DNA of 63,886 bases, the filler included. It is 7 parts of 7 records of this genome, joined end to end, with 100 filler letters (N's around TTAATTAATTAA, not from the genome) between each part and the next. Parts side by side here need not be neighbours in the genome. Positions count along the whole stretch, not along the records: positions 10,544 to 30,069 come from SRR11831585_117; 6 more parts are not named here. One strand, written 5' to 3'. This document shows, piece by piece, positions 13,072 to 27,285 of the stretch. Each line of letters opens with the position of its first letter. Position 1 is the first letter of the stretch. Both the position numbers and the translations under genes were made by a program. The notes below the pieces were generated by a model that made no database searches, was not told the DNA's origin, and saw nothing but the letters and a program-made list of their open reading frames with translations.

Positions 13072-14903
13072 TCAAAACGGAAACAGCATCGGGATCATCA
13101 CCACACAAACCGCCATCACGATAATGGTGAACGGTACCCCCAACTTCACAAAGTCACTGAAGCTGTAATTTCCCGGACCTAAAACCAGTGTGTTAACAGG
13201 TGAAGAAACCGGTGTCATAAAGGCGGCGGATGCTGCCATCGCCACGACCATCGCGAATGGATAAGGCGACACCCCCATCGTTTTGGCAGCAGCCAGCGCA
13301 ATCGGAGCCATCAACACCGCCGTCGCGGTATTAGAGATAAATAGCCCAATAACCGCCGACAAGACAAACAAACACCCCAGCATCATATGTGGCCCGTAAC
13401 CACCGCCAATGTCCATCAGCCCTTTCACCGCCAGCGCGACACCTCCCGTTTTCTGTAATGCCACAGCAAACGGCATCATCCCAACGATCAAAATAATGCT
13501 CGGCCAGTGAATGGATTTATAGGCGCTTTCAGCATCTATACAGCGGAATTTCCCCATCAGCAGGCAGGCGATGATAGCGGCAACAGGATTAGGAATTTCA
13601 TCTGTCAGCATTAACGCACCATTAGCACCAGACAGAAAATGGCATGGGGTGCCTGGCTGTGCGCGGGTGATGCTTCACTCACCTCTTCCGGTAAGTTCAG
13701 CGCTACGAAGTCGCGGCCCTGTTTGGCCAGCATACCGATCAGTTTCCAGTTACCCACAACCAGGATGATATCGCCCAGCAGCAGAGGCTCATCCGCCAGC
13801 GAACCTTCCAGCGCCACGCCATTGCGCTTTAGCCCCACCACATTCAGTCCGTAGCGGGTACGAAAACCAATTTCGCGCACCGATTTACCAATCAGTTCTG
13901 ACTCAGGAATTAATGAAATCTCTGCCATGCCCACATCAAGGGCCTGGTCAGAAAAATACTCGCCGCGCAATACCATCGGCTCCAGCAATTGCTCACTACA
14001 AAATTGCCGGAGATCGACATCAGCCGCAGACATATCAATAAGCAAAACGTCACGCGCGCGAAATTCAGAAACCCCATTAACGTTCACGATAACGCGACGA
14101 AAACGCCGCCAGCGTTCAACACCGATGACGTTAGCGCCATAACGCTCACGTAATTTGAGATCATCCAGCCGTTGACCAATCATTGGCGATCCGGGGCGAA
14201 TAGCCAGACGTCGCGCACGCCCGGTCAGTCGATATTCACGGATAAGATCGCGAAAGGTTCGACGCGTCCAGCCTTCGCGCTGCGGGGTCTGGGTATCCCC
14301 TTTCAGCATGAAACGCATCACTAACATATACAAAATACCCAGCACCAGCACGACCAGGCCAATAGGTGTTACGCTAAAGAAACTGAAGCCGTGATAGCCT
14401 TCACGCAGCAATTCACTGTTGACTACCAGGTTCGGCGGCGTCGCCACCAGCGTCATCATGCCGCTAATCAGCCCGGCAAAACTTAACGGCATCATCAGAC
14501 GTGACGGCGACGTTTGCATACGCATGGCAACGCTTAACACCACGGGAATAAAGATAGCGACAACGCCGGTTGAACTCATAAACGCGCCAAGCCCCGCGAC
14601 GGTCAGCATCAACAAAACCAACATTTTGATTTCACTATTGCCCGCAACTTTGACCAGCCATGTTCCCATTACGGTGGCAACACCGGTACGGACCAAACCA
14701 TCGCCAATAATAAACAAGGCGGCAATCAGGACAACGTTAGGATCAGAAAAGCCGGAAAATACTTCTGGGACTGTCAGCGTTCCGCTTAATGCAAACGCGA
14801 CAATAACAAACAAAGCGACCGCATCCATACGCACTCTGCCCGTCGCAAACAAGACGATGGCAACGGCCAGTAATGAAAGAACCCAAATCAATTCACCGTT
14901 CAC
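13072..14903 (-). pseudogene. yfbS: SLC13/TrkA-C family transporter split by a -1 frameshift near 13617 (real or sequencing error)
   Basis: 430-aa and 179-aa ORFs abut at 13611; restoring one G gives ...[14 protein letters not shown]... and one 610-aa protein. Confidence 0.9.
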
Positions 14904-14946
14904 AACTTATCCTTGTTAATTGAGGGGGATGACTTGATTCTGCCAT

Positions 14947-14971
14947 AAAAAAGCCCCGACGAGACGGGGCT
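14947..14971 (-). terminator. Rho-independent terminator after hxpA
   Basis: Minus strand AGCCCCGTCTCGTCGGGGC followed by T-run. Confidence 0.8.
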
Positions 14972-14989
14972 AAATCATGATCAGGTGTT

Positions 14990-15640
14990 TCACTGAATAA
15001 TAACATCGCCATTTGGCTGTTTGGTCACAGTAATTTGCTCCAGACTGTGGAGGACCAAATCGACCTCATTCAGGCGCGGGGTATCTGCCGGAGCGTTAAC
15101 CGCAATGACATGACAACCCGCCGCCAGGCCAGAAAGCACGCCAGCGGGAGCATCTTCCACCACCACACACTCCTGCGGCGCAAGCCCCAGCAGCTGCGCG
15201 CCTAACAGATACGCATCAGGTTCTGGTTTTCCGCGCTTCACTCGCTCAGCGGTTACAAACACCTCTGGTGCGGGAAGCCCAGCTATTTTATGGCGCGCTC
15301 GCGCTACCGGCATGGAGCCAGAAGTCACAATGGCCCACGGAATACCTGCTTTATTCAAATGACTGAGTAAGGCGATTGCCCCCGGAAGCGCGGTAATACC
15401 TTCGGTTTCCGTGGCCTCGATGTGCTCCAGACGCGTAAACTCGGCGGCAATATCAGCCTCGGATTTGCCCGCCATAAAATGGCGCAGAGAGGTGATCGCC
15501 TGTTTACCGTGAATGAAAGCCAGCACCTCTTCCGGCGCTAACCCATGACGTCTGGCCCAGTTGCTCCACGCCCGTTCTACCGCAGGCAGGGAATCCACCA
15601 GCGTTCCATCAAGATCAAACAGAAAACCTTTGCACCGCAC
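14990..15640 (-). CDS. hxpA: Hexitol/sugar phosphatase (HAD family, YfbT)
   Basis: GTG start (216 aa); FDLDGTLVDS, KPEP, EDAPAG. Confidence 0.93.
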   Translation of the reverse strand: MRCKGFLFDLDGTLVDSLPAVERAWSNWARRHGLAPEEVLAFIHGKQAITSLRHFMAGKSEADIAAEFTRLEHIEATETEGITALPGAIALLSHLNKAGIPWAIVTSGSMPVARARHKIAGLPAPEVFVTAERVKRGKPEPDAYLLGAQLLGLAPQECVVVEDAPAGVLSGLAAGCHVIAVNAPADTPRLNEVDLVLHSLEQITVTKQPNGDVIIQ

Positions 15641-15650
15641 GCGGGCCTCC

Positions 15651-16223
<573 letters not shown>

Positions 16224-16227
16224 TCAA

Positions 16228-16683
16228 TTACAAATCATCAAGGAAAGTTTTATCCAGTTGTTTGAAGGCGCGCTTAAGCGTGTCAGCTAATGCCTGGTAA
16301 TCAGGCTTGCCTTCAACGGGTGCCAACACCTGTCCAGACTCCTGCAATTTACCGCGAACTTCATAAAACCAGTTAAGGATTGCAGGGGGTAATGGCGTGA
16401 CAGAACGCTTGCCCAGCCACCACAATCCCTGCATGGGTAAACTTAAGGCGAACAGGGCAGTGGCAACTGCCGGCCCAAGCTGACCGCCCAGGGCAATCTG
16501 CCAGCAGAGAGTAAATACGGCGATCGGCGGCATAAAACGGATCGCATAACGCGTCATCTTGATAACGCGATTTTCGACAAAGACCGGGGCAAGGCGTTTT
16601 TCCAGCGGCCACGTCTTTGAGTAATGCTGTCCCCGGCGAAACAAGCTAAAAAAATTAACAGAACGATTATCCGGCGTTGACAT
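16228..16683 (-). CDS. yfbV: UPF0208 membrane protein
   Basis: 151 aa, divergent from ackA. Confidence 0.94.
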
Positions 16684-17020
16684 GCTTCACCTCAACTTCA
16701 CATATAAAGATTCAAAAATTTGTGCAAATTCACAACTCAGCGGGACAACGTTCAAAACATTTTGTCTTCCATACCCACTATCAGGTATCCTTTAGCAGCC
16801 TGAAGGCCTAAGTAGTACATATTCATTGAGTCGTCAAATTCATATACATTATGCCATTGGCTGAAAATTACGCAAAATGGCATAGACTCAAGATATTTCT
16901 TCCATCATGCAAAAAAAATTTGCAGTGCATGATGTTAATCATAAATGTCGGTGTCATCATGCGCTACGCTCTATGGCTCCCTGACGTTTTTTTAGCCACG
17001 TATCAATTATAGGTACTTCC

Positions 17021-18223
17021 ATGTCGAGTAAGTTAGTACTGGTTCTGAACTGCGGTAGTTCTTCACTGAAATTTGCCATCATCGATGCAGTAAATGGTGA
17101 AGAGTACCTTTCTGGTTTAGCCGAATGTTTCCACCTGCCCGAAGCACGTATCAAATGGAAAATGGACGGCAATAAACAGGAAGCGGCTTTAGGTGCAGGC
17201 GCCGCTCACAGCGAAGCGCTCAACTTTATCGTTAATACTATTCTGGCACAAAAACCAGAACTGTCTGCGCAGCTGACTGCTATCGGTCACCGTATCGTAC
17301 ACGGCGGCGAAAAGTATACCAGCTCCGTAGTGATCGATGAGTCTGTTATTCAGGGTATCAAAGATGCAGCTTCTTTTGCACCGCTGCACAACCCGGCTCA
17401 CCTGATCGGTATCGAAGAAGCTCTGAAATCTTTCCCACAGCTGAAAGACAAAAACGTTGCTGTATTTGACACCGCGTTCCACCAGACTATGCCGGAAGAG
17501 TCTTACCTCTACGCCCTGCCTTACAACCTGTACAAAGAGCACGGCATCCGTCGTTACGGCGCGCACGGCACCAGCCACTTCTATGTAACCCAGGAAGCGG
17601 CAAAAATGCTGAACAAACCGGTAGAAGAACTGAACATCATCACCTGCCACCTGGGCAACGGTGGTTCCGTTTCTGCTATCCGCAACGGTAAATGCGTTGA
17701 CACCTCTATGGGCCTGACCCCGCTGGAAGGTCTGGTCATGGGTACCCGTTCTGGTGATATCGATCCGGCGATCATCTTCCACCTGCACGACACCCTGGGC
17801 ATGAGCGTTGACGCAATCAACAAACTGCTGACCAAAGAGTCTGGCCTGCTGGGTCTGACCGAAGTGACCAGCGACTGCCGCTATGTTGAAGACAACTACG
17901 CGACGAAAGAAGACGCGAAGCGCGCAATGGACGTTTACTGCCACCGCCTGGCGAAATACATCGGTGCCTACACTGCGCTGATGGATGGTCGTCTGGACGC
18001 TGTTGTATTCACTGGTGGTATCGGTGAAAATGCCGCAATGGTTCGTGAACTGTCTCTGGGCAAACTGGGCGTGCTGGGCTTTGAAGTTGATCATGAACGC
18101 AACCTGGCTGCACGTTTCGGCAAATCTGGTTTCATCAACAAAGAAGGTACCCGTCCTGCGGTGGTTATCCCAACCAACGAAGAACTGGTTATCGCGCAAG
18201 ACGCGAGCCGCCTGACTGCCTGA
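17021..18223 (+). CDS. ackA: Acetate kinase
   Basis: 400 aa; [30 protein letters not shown]. Confidence 0.99.
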   Translation: MSSKLVLVLNCGSSSLKFAIIDAVNGEEYLSGLAECFHLPEARIKWKMDGNKQEAALGAGAAHSEALNFIVNTILAQKPELSAQLTAIGHRIVHGGEKYTSSVVIDESVIQGIKDAASFAPLHNPAHLIGIEEALKSFPQLKDKNVAVFDTAFHQTMPEESYLYALPYNLYKEHGIRRYGAHGTSHFYVTQEAAKMLNKPVEELNIITCHLGNGGSVSAIRNGKCVDTSMGLTPLEGLVMGTRSGDIDPAIIFHLHDTLGMSVDAINKLLTKESGLLGLTEVTSDCRYVEDNYATKEDAKRAMDVYCHRLAKYIGAYTALMDGRLDAVVFTGGIGENAAMVRELSLGKLGVLGFEVDHERNLAARFGKSGFINKEGTRPAVVIPTNEELVIAQDASRLTA

Positions 18224-18228
18224 TTTCA

Positions 18229-18251
18229 CACCGCCAGCTCAGCTGGCGGTG
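18229..18251 (+). other. Intercistronic stem-loop between ackA and pta
   Basis: CACCGCCAGCT-C-AGCTGGCGGTG inverted repeat. Confidence 0.6.
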
Positions 18252-18297
18252 CTGTTTTGTAACCCGCCAAATCGGCGGTAACGAAAGAGGATAAACC

Positions 18298-20442
18298 GTG
18301 TCCCGTATTATTATGCTGATCCCTACCGGAACCAGCGTCGGTCTGACCAGCGTCAGCCTTGGCGTGATCCGTGCAATGGAACGCAAAGGCGTTCGTCTGA
18401 GCGTTTTCAAACCTATCGCTCAGCCGCGTACCGGTGGCGATGCGCCCGATCAGACTACGACTATCGTGCGTGCGAACTCTTCCACCACGACGGCCGCTGA
18501 ACCGCTGAAAATGAGCTACGTTGAAGGTCTGCTTTCCAGCAATCAGAAAGATGTGCTGATGGAAGAGATCGTCGCAAACTACCACGCTAACACCAAAGAC
18601 GCTGAAGTCGTTCTGGTTGAAGGTCTGGTCCCGACACGTAAGCACCAGTTTGCCCAGTCTCTGAACTACGAAATCGCTAAAACGCTGAATGCGGAAATCG
18701 TCTTCGTTATGTCTCAGGGCACTGACACCCCGGAACAGCTGAAAGAGCGTATCGAACTGACCCGCAACAGCTTCGGCGGTGCCAAAAACACCAACATCAC
18801 CGGCGTTATCGTTAACAAACTGAACGCACCGGTTGATGAACAGGGTCGTACTCGCCCGGATCTGTCCGAGATTTTCGACGACTCTTCCAAAGCTAAAGTA
18901 AACAATGTTGATCCGGCGAAGCTGCAAGAATCCAGCCCGCTGCCGGTTCTCGGCGCTGTGCCGTGGAGCTTTGACCTGATCGCGACTCGTGCGATCGATA
19001 TGGCTCGCCACCTGAATGCGACCATCATCAACGAAGGCGACATCAATACTCGCCGCGTTAAATCCGTCACTTTCTGCGCACGCAGCATTCCGCACATGCT
19101 GGAGCACTTCCGTGCCGGTTCTCTGCTGGTGACTTCCGCAGACCGTCCTGACGTGCTGGTGGCCGCTTGCCTGGCAGCCATGAACGGCGTAGAAATCGGT
19201 GCCCTGCTGCTGACTGGCGGTTACGAAATGGACGCGCGCATTTCTAAACTGTGCGAACGTGCTTTCGCTACCGGCCTGCCGGTATTTATGGTGAACACCA
19301 ACACCTGGCAGACCTCTCTGAGCCTGCAGAGCTTCAACCTGGAAGTTCCGGTTGACGATCACGAACGTATCGAGAAAGTTCAGGAATACGTTGCTAACTA
19401 CATCAACGCTGACTGGATCGAATCTCTGACTGCCACTTCTGAGCGCAGCCGTCGTCTGTCTCCGCCTGCGTTCCGTTATCAGCTGACTGAACTTGCGCGC
19501 AAAGCGGGCAAACGTATCGTACTGCCGGAAGGTGACGAACCGCGTACCGTTAAAGCAGCCGCTATCTGTGCTGAACGTGGTATCGCAACTTGCGTACTGC
19601 TGGGTAATCCGGCAGAGATCAACCGTGTTGCAGCGTCTCAGGGTGTAGAACTGGGTGCAGGGATTGAAATCGTTGATCCAGAAGTGGTTCGCGAAAGCTA
19701 TGTTGGTCGTCTGGTCGAACTGCGTAAGAACAAAGGCATGACCGAAACCGTTGCCCGCGAACAGCTGGAAGACAACGTGGTGCTCGGTACGCTGATGCTG
19801 GAACAGGATGAAGTTGATGGTCTGGTTTCCGGTGCTGTTCACACTACCGCAAACACCATCCGTCCGCCGCTGCAGCTGATCAAAACTGCACCGGGCAGCT
19901 CCCTGGTATCTTCCGTGTTCTTCATGCTGCTGCCGGAACAGGTTTACGTTTACGGTGACTGTGCGATCAACCCGGATCCGACCGCTGAACAGCTGGCAGA
20001 AATCGCGATTCAGTCCGCTGATTCCGCTGCGGCCTTCGGTATCGAACCGCGCGTTGCTATGCTCTCCTACTCCACCGGTACTTCTGGTGCAGGTAGCGAC
20101 GTAGAAAAAGTTCGCGAAGCAACTCGTCTGGCGCAGGAAAAACGTCCTGACCTGATGATCGACGGTCCGCTGCAGTACGACGCTGCGGTAATGGCTGACG
20201 TTGCGAAATCCAAAGCGCCGAACTCTCCGGTTGCAGGTCGCGCTACCGTGTTCATCTTCCCGGATCTGAACACCGGTAACACCACCTACAAAGCGGTACA
20301 GCGTTCTGCCGACCTGATCTCCATCGGGCCGATGCTGCAGGGTATGCGCAAGCCGGTTAACGACCTGTCCCGTGGCGCACTGGTTGACGATATCGTCTAC
20401 ACCATCGCGCTGACTGCGATTCAGTCTGCACAGCAGCAGTAA
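18298..20442 (+). CDS. pta: Phosphate acetyltransferase
   Basis: GTG start, 714 aa; DRTGG region and PTA domain ([23 protein letters not shown]). Confidence 0.99.
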
Positions 20443-20480
20443 TCTCGTCATCATCCGCAGCTTTGCGCTGCGGATATCTG

Positions 20481-20510
20481 AACCGGAAATAATCACTATT
20501 TCCGGTTTTT
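20481..20510 (+). terminator. Rho-independent terminator after pta
   Basis: AACCGGAAATA-ATCAC-TATTTCCGGTT plus T-run. Confidence 0.75.
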
Positions 20511-20630
20511 ATTCTCTTAATTTGCATTAATCCTTTCTGATTATCTTGCTTAACTGCGCTGCATCAATGAATTGCGCCATCCCACTTTGCATACTTACCA
20601 CTTTGTTTTGTGCAAGGGAATATTTGCGCT

Positions 20631-22151
20631 ATGTCCGCAATCACTGAATCCAAACCAACAAGAAGATGGGCAATGCCCGATACGTTGGTGATTATCTTTT
20701 TTGTTGCTATTTTAACCAGCCTTGCCACCTGGGTAGTTCCGGTGGGGATGTTTGACAGTCAGGAAGTGCAGTATCAGGTTGATGGTCAAACAAAAACACG
20801 CAAAGTCGTAGATCCACACTCATTTCGCATTCTGACTAACGAAGCAGGCGAACCTGAGTATCACCGCGTACAGCTGTTCACGACGGGCGATGAACGCCCG
20901 GGCCTGATGAACTTCCCGTTTGAAGGATTAACCTCAGGATCGAAATACGGGACAGCCGTTGGCATCATCATGTTTATGCTGGTGATTGGCGGCGCGTTTG
21001 GCATTGTGATGCGTACAGGAACCATTGATAACGGTATCCTGGCGCTTATTCGCCATACCCGCGGGAATGAAATTCTCTTTATTCCTGCGCTGTTTATTCT
21101 GTTTTCACTTGGCGGCGCGGTATTTGGTATGGGAGAAGAGGCCGTCGCCTTTGCCATTATCATCGCACCGCTAATGGTCCGGCTGGGCTATGACAGTATT
21201 ACCACCGTCCTGGTGACCTATATTGCCACGCAAATCGGTTTTGCCAGTTCGTGGATGAACCCGTTTTGTGTGGTCGTTGCTCAGGGGATTGCCGGCGTTC
21301 CGGTGCTTTCTGGCTCCGGGTTGCGCATCGTGGTGTGGGTTATCGCCACTCTGATTGGCCTGATCTTTACCATGGTGTACGCCTCACGAGTGAAAAAGAA
21401 TCCTCTTCTGTCACGCGTGCATGAGTCCGACCGCTTCTTTCGTGAAAAGCAGGCTGATGTTGAACAACGTCCGTTTACCTTTGGTGACTGGCTGGTATTG
21501 ATTGTCCTGACCGCCGTAATGGTCTGGGTGATTTGGGGCGTGATCGTTAATGCCTGGTTTATTCCAGAAATTGCCAGCCAGTTCTTCACCATGGGTCTGG
21601 TGATTGGCATCATCGGCGTTGTTTTCCGCCTTAACGGCATGACGGTTAATACCATGGCTTCATCCTTTACCGAAGGGGCGCGAATGATGATCGCCCCTGC
21701 CCTGCTGGTGGGTTTCGCCAAAGGGATTTTGCTGCTGGTCGGTAATGGTGAAGCGGGTGATGCCAGCGTGTTAAATACCATCCTCAACAGCATTGCCAAT
21801 GCCATTAGCGGTCTGGACAACGCGGTCGCGGCCTGGTTTATGTTGCTCTTCCAGGCGGTATTTAATTTCTTCGTGACGTCCGGTTCTGGTCAGGCGGCGT
21901 TAACCATGCCGTTACTGGCACCGCTTGGCGATCTGGTCGGTGTTAACCGTCAGGTTACCGTGCTGGCGTTCCAGTTTGGTGATGGCTTCAGTCACATCAT
22001 TTACCCAACCTCAGCGTCGTTAATGGCAACGCTCGGTGTGTGCAGGGTGGACTTCCGTAACTGGCTGAAGGTGGGCGCGACCCTACTTGGACTGCTGTTT
22101 ATTATGTCCAGCGTCGTAGTGATCGGCGCTCAGTTGATGGGCTACCACTAA
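20631..22151 (+). CDS. yfcC: YfcC family inner membrane transporter
   Basis: Start at MSAITES (506 aa); polytopic, TSGSGQA motif. Confidence 0.93.
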   Translation: MSAITESKPTRRWAMPDTLVIIFFVAILTSLATWVVPVGMFDSQEVQYQVDGQTKTRKVVDPHSFRILTNEAGEPEYHRVQLFTTGDERPGLMNFPFEGLTSGSKYGTAVGIIMFMLVIGGAFGIVMRTGTIDNGILALIRHTRGNEILFIPALFILFSLGGAVFGMGEEAVAFAIIIAPLMVRLGYDSITTVLVTYIATQIGFASSWMNPFCVVVAQGIAGVPVLSGSGLRIVVWVIATLIGLIFTMVYASRVKKNPLLSRVHESDRFFREKQADVEQRPFTFGDWLVLIVLTAVMVWVIWGVIVNAWFIPEIASQFFTMGLVIGIIGVVFRLNGMTVNTMASSFTEGARMMIAPALLVGFAKGILLLVGNGEAGDASVLNTILNSIANAISGLDNAVAAWFMLLFQAVFNFFVTSGSGQAALTMPLLAPLGDLVGVNRQVTVLAFQFGDGFSHIIYPTSASLMATLGVCRVDFRNWLKVGATLLGLLFIMSSVVVIGAQLMGYH

Positions 22152-22158
22152 AAATGTT

Positions 22159-22184
22159 AAGAGCCGCAATTGCGGCTCTTTTTT
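22159..22184. terminator. Terminator between convergent yfcC and yfcD
   Basis: AAGAGCCGCAATTGCGGCTCTTTTTT. Confidence 0.8.
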
Positions 22185-22726
22185 CATTCTGCCGTTTCAG
22201 TCTCTACGGCTTCATTTTTGGCATTGCGCTTCATCCACAACGCTAGCGCTTTCAGCGAGTCTGGAGTGAACTCATCGCAGCGTGCGGTGATTTCTTCCGG
22301 CGTCAGCCAGCAAACTTCACTGACTTCATCTTCCTGTAGTGCGAAGGGACCGTGAGAGACGCAGCTGAACAATGCGCCCCAGACACGGCAATTTTTATCT
22401 TCGAAATAGAACTGCCCGTGCTCGGCAAAGGGGACACCGGCAATGCCCAACTCTTCTTCCGCTTCGCGACGCGCGGATTCCAGCAGTTGCTCATCGGCCT
22501 GGACTACACCGCCTGCGGTCGCATCTAACATGCCGGGTAAAAAGTCTTTTGTCTCGGTACGACGCTGGACCAGAATTTTGCCCATGCCATCATGCACGAC
22601 GATGTAAGTTGCACGATGACGCAGACACTGTGCCCGCATTTGTTCCCGGCTGGCTTGTGCAATGACTTCGTTCTCTTCATTGACAATATCCACCCATTCA
22701 GTACTTGCCAAACGACGCTGTTCCAT
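22184..22726 (-). CDS. yfcD: Nudix hydrolase
   Basis: 180 aa; [23 protein letters not shown]. Confidence 0.95.
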
Positions 22727-22783
22727 TATCAGGAAACCTTCTTTTTCTGGCGCTCTTACGGCGCATTTTGAGTTGTGGGTAAA

Positions 22784-23338
22784 TTACGGATTAATCGCGA
22801 CCTGCGCAATGATACTTTGATCATTGAGTGCGATTACACTAAGTACGTCATTATCCAGCATGCCATAACTCGCCGGATTACCGCCTTTCGGAATACTCAC
22901 CGAGCCGGGGTTGAAGTGGAAAATCTCCCCCCGCTGTTCTGCCACTGGCAGATGGGTATGACCGTACACCAGCACATCGTTCTGGTTTAAAGCAGGCAGA
23001 TTTTCCGGGCCAAAAAGATGACCATGCGTCAAAAACAGACGTTGTTTTTCCAGTAATACCTGTTGCCACGGCGCGGTTATCGGGAAATGCAGCAGCATTT
23101 GATCCACTTCGCTGTCGCAGTTGCCGCGCACAGCGATAACCTTATGTGCCACTTCATTAAGCCGTTCAGCGACTTTGGCTGGCGCGTAACCCTCCGGTAA
23201 AGCATTACGCGGGCCGTGATTCAACACGTCGCCAAGGATCACCAGCCACTGGGCACCGCTTTGGGCAAACAACTCCAGAACACGTTCCGTCGCCGGTAAC
23301 GACCCATGAATGTCCGATGCAAACATCAGTTTCATCAC
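22784..23338 (-). CDS. yfcE: Metallo-phosphodiesterase
   Basis: 184 aa; SDIHG, GD, RGNCD, GHTH, NPGS. Confidence 0.95.
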   Translation of the reverse strand: MMKLMFASDIHGSLPATERVLELFAQSGAQWLVILGDVLNHGPRNALPEGYAPAKVAERLNEVAHKVIAVRGNCDSEVDQMLLHFPITAPWQQVLLEKQRLFLTHGHLFGPENLPALNQNDVLVYGHTHLPVAEQRGEIFHFNPGSVSIPKGGNPASYGMLDNDVLSVIALNDQSIIAQVAINP

Positions 23339-23341
23339 TCA

Positions 23342-24818
<1,477 letters not shown>

Positions 24819-24874
24819 CAGAAACAGGTTCTCGTGTATTATTTCATCCTAAGTAAAACAACGGAGAACCTGCA

Positions 24875-25237
24875 ATGGCACAACCTGCCGCTATTATTCG
24901 TATAAAGAACCTTCGTTTGCGTACGTTTATCGGAATTAAGGAAGAAGAAATTAACAACCGTCAGGATATTGTTATCAATGTGACGATCCACTACCCCGCC
25001 GATAAAGCGCGCACTAGCGAAGATATCAACGATGCGCTGAATTATCGCACCGTAACGAAAAACATTATTCAGCATGTAGAGAATAACCGTTTCTCTTTGC
25101 TGGAAAAATTAACTCAGGATGTGCTCGATATCGCACGTGAACATCACTGGGTGACGTATGCTGAAGTGGAGATCGATAAACTGCACGCGCTGCGCTACGC
25201 CGATTCGGTATCCATGACCTTAAGCTGGCAGCGTTAA
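24875..25237 (+). CDS. folX: Dihydroneopterin triphosphate 2'-epimerase
   Basis: 120 aa FolB-like; LNYRTV, LLEKL. Confidence 0.96.
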
Positions 25238-25257
25238 TCGCCATATCGGGAGGCTGC

Positions 25258-26151
25258 ATGAACATAGTGATCACCGGAGGGACAGGATTAATTGGTCGCC
25301 ATTTGATTCCGCGTTTGCTGGAGCTGGGCCATCAAATTACGGTAGTGACGCGTAACCCGCAGAAAGCCAGTTCCGTTCTCGGCCCTCGGGTGACACTATG
25401 GCAAGGGCTTGCCGATCAAAGCAACCTCAACGGCGTTGATGCGGTAATCAACCTGGCCGGAGAACCGATTGCTGATAAACGCTGGACTCACGAGCAAAAA
25501 GAGCGTCTCTGCCAAAGCCGCTGGAATATCACGCAAAAACTGGTCGATTTGATTAATGCCAGCGACACGCCACCGTCGGTACTCATTTCCGGCTCGGCAA
25601 CGGGCTATTATGGTGACTTAGGTGAAGTGGTGGTTACCGAAGAGGAACCGCCGCATAACGAATTTACCCATAAACTCTGCGCTCGCTGGGAAGAAATTGC
25701 CTGCCGGGCGCAAAGTGACAAAACGCGAGTGTGCCTGCTGCGTACCGGTGTAGTGCTGGCACCGGATGGCGGTATTCTCGGTAAAATGCTGCCGCCGTTT
25801 CGTCTTGGCCTGGGCGGGCCGATTGGCTCTGGTCGGCAGTATCTGGCCTGGATTCATATTGATGATATGGTCAACGGTATTCTCTGGCTGCTGGATAACG
25901 AGCTGCGCGGGCCATTTAATATGGTTTCGCCCTACCCGGTACGCAATGAACAATTTGCCCATGCGCTCGGTCATGCGCTGCATCGCCCGGCCATTTTGCG
26001 CGTCCCCGCGACCGCCATTCGACTGTTAATGGGCGAATCTTCAGTACTGGTATTAGGTGGACAACGCGCGCTGCCTAAACGGCTGGAAGAAGCGGGTTTT
26101 GCGTTTCGCTGGTACGATTTAGAAGAGGCGCTGGCGGATGTCGTTCGCTGA
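25258..26151 (+). CDS. yfcH: NAD-dependent epimerase family protein
   Basis: 297 aa; TGGTGLIG Rossmann motif. Confidence 0.95.
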
Positions 26152-26198
26152 TGTGGTTTACAGCAAACATCCGCCAGTTAACTCCCGGTGTTACAGGA

Positions 26199-26360
26199 TT
26201 AGTGGCTTTGCGCGATAAGATCGTCTGGTGAAAGTCGGGTCACCATCATAACTAACTCTCTGTCTAAACCTCTATCCAGCATCTCCTGAGCAATACGCAG
26301 GGCTTCTTCGTGTTTGCCCTGCATTGCGCCTTCTTCACGTAATCTGTCAGCAATGGTCAT
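26199..26360 (-). CDS. Putative intragenic small protein (Rpn C-terminal antitoxin), 53 aa, in frame with rpnB
   Basis: Internal AAGGAG-N6-ATG before [11 protein letters not shown]; known Rpn architecture. Confidence 0.7.
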
Positions 26361-27089
26361 CAGTTTCTCCTTTTCTTGTGGTGCGCGTTCCGCTATCTCA
26401 CCAATAAATGCACGAAAACGCTGGGCATCCCCTGTTTGTAATACGTAATTAAACAGGGCTTTTAGCTGTCTGTCATTAGTGTTCCCTGTAACTAGCAGCG
26501 AAACAATTTGGTCGACTAATCCCAACAGATCGCGCTGACGAATATGTTTCTGAATTAACTCCAACAGCGCCATTTTGCGGTGTTGCATAATCTCGTCATC
26601 CGGCACCACGGTAATATCCACCAACGGAAAAGCCGATGAATATATTTTGCGGGCTATAGCAGGCTCGGCAAATTCATCAAGCCAGCAGAGTGAATAAGGA
26701 TAAGGACTTCTGCAACCATGATAAAACAGCATCGGGAGCACCAATGGAAGCTCTTTATAGCCCGCATCAAGATGGTTTTGCATTGCCGCAATGGAATAAC
26801 GCATCATGCGAAAAGCCATTAATTCTTCCGGCTTACTTTGGTGCTCTATCACTACATAAATATAACCCACTCCCTCCTGCGTTTTCACAGACCACAAGAG
26901 GTCGGAATAATATTGCCGCAGGTCTTCATCAATAAAACTGTTTGGTTCCAGTTTAAGCGTCGTTAAATCACACAGTTTGCGCAGCGGCGCGGGAAGATGA
27001 ATATCAATAAAATCCCGCGCGGTGTCTGGATGGCGTAAAAAAGATTTAAATACCGCATCATGCGGCGTGGAAGTTGTCGATATTGTCAT
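26199..27089 (-). CDS. rpnB: Rpn-family (transposase_31, PD-(D/E)xK-like) nuclease RpnB/YfcI
   Basis: 296 aa; [28 protein letters not shown]. Confidence 0.95.
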
Positions 27090-27285
27090 GGCGTTCCGTC
27101 ACCCCTCAAATTTAAGATGACGCGACAATAACCACGATTAACACCCAATGCAGCAGGCAGTTTTTATCTTTGGACAGCGAATTCAGAAGTATTTTTAGCG
27201 GACTGTAACTTTTACATTTCAGCGGAAGCTGACTCGCAAATTCCCCATGAAAATACTCCGGCAGCGTTAGCCACCGGAGAGGAAA

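Noticed and set aside
17189-20496. Long antisense ORFs (346 aa and 756 aa) opposite ackA and pta
   Set aside because: Antisense shadows of highly expressed, codon-biased genes, with no recognisable motifs
26199-27089. rpnB as an IS element because of the transposase_31 label
   Set aside because: No terminal inverted repeats or target duplication seen; the family is a nuclease rather than a demonstrated transposase
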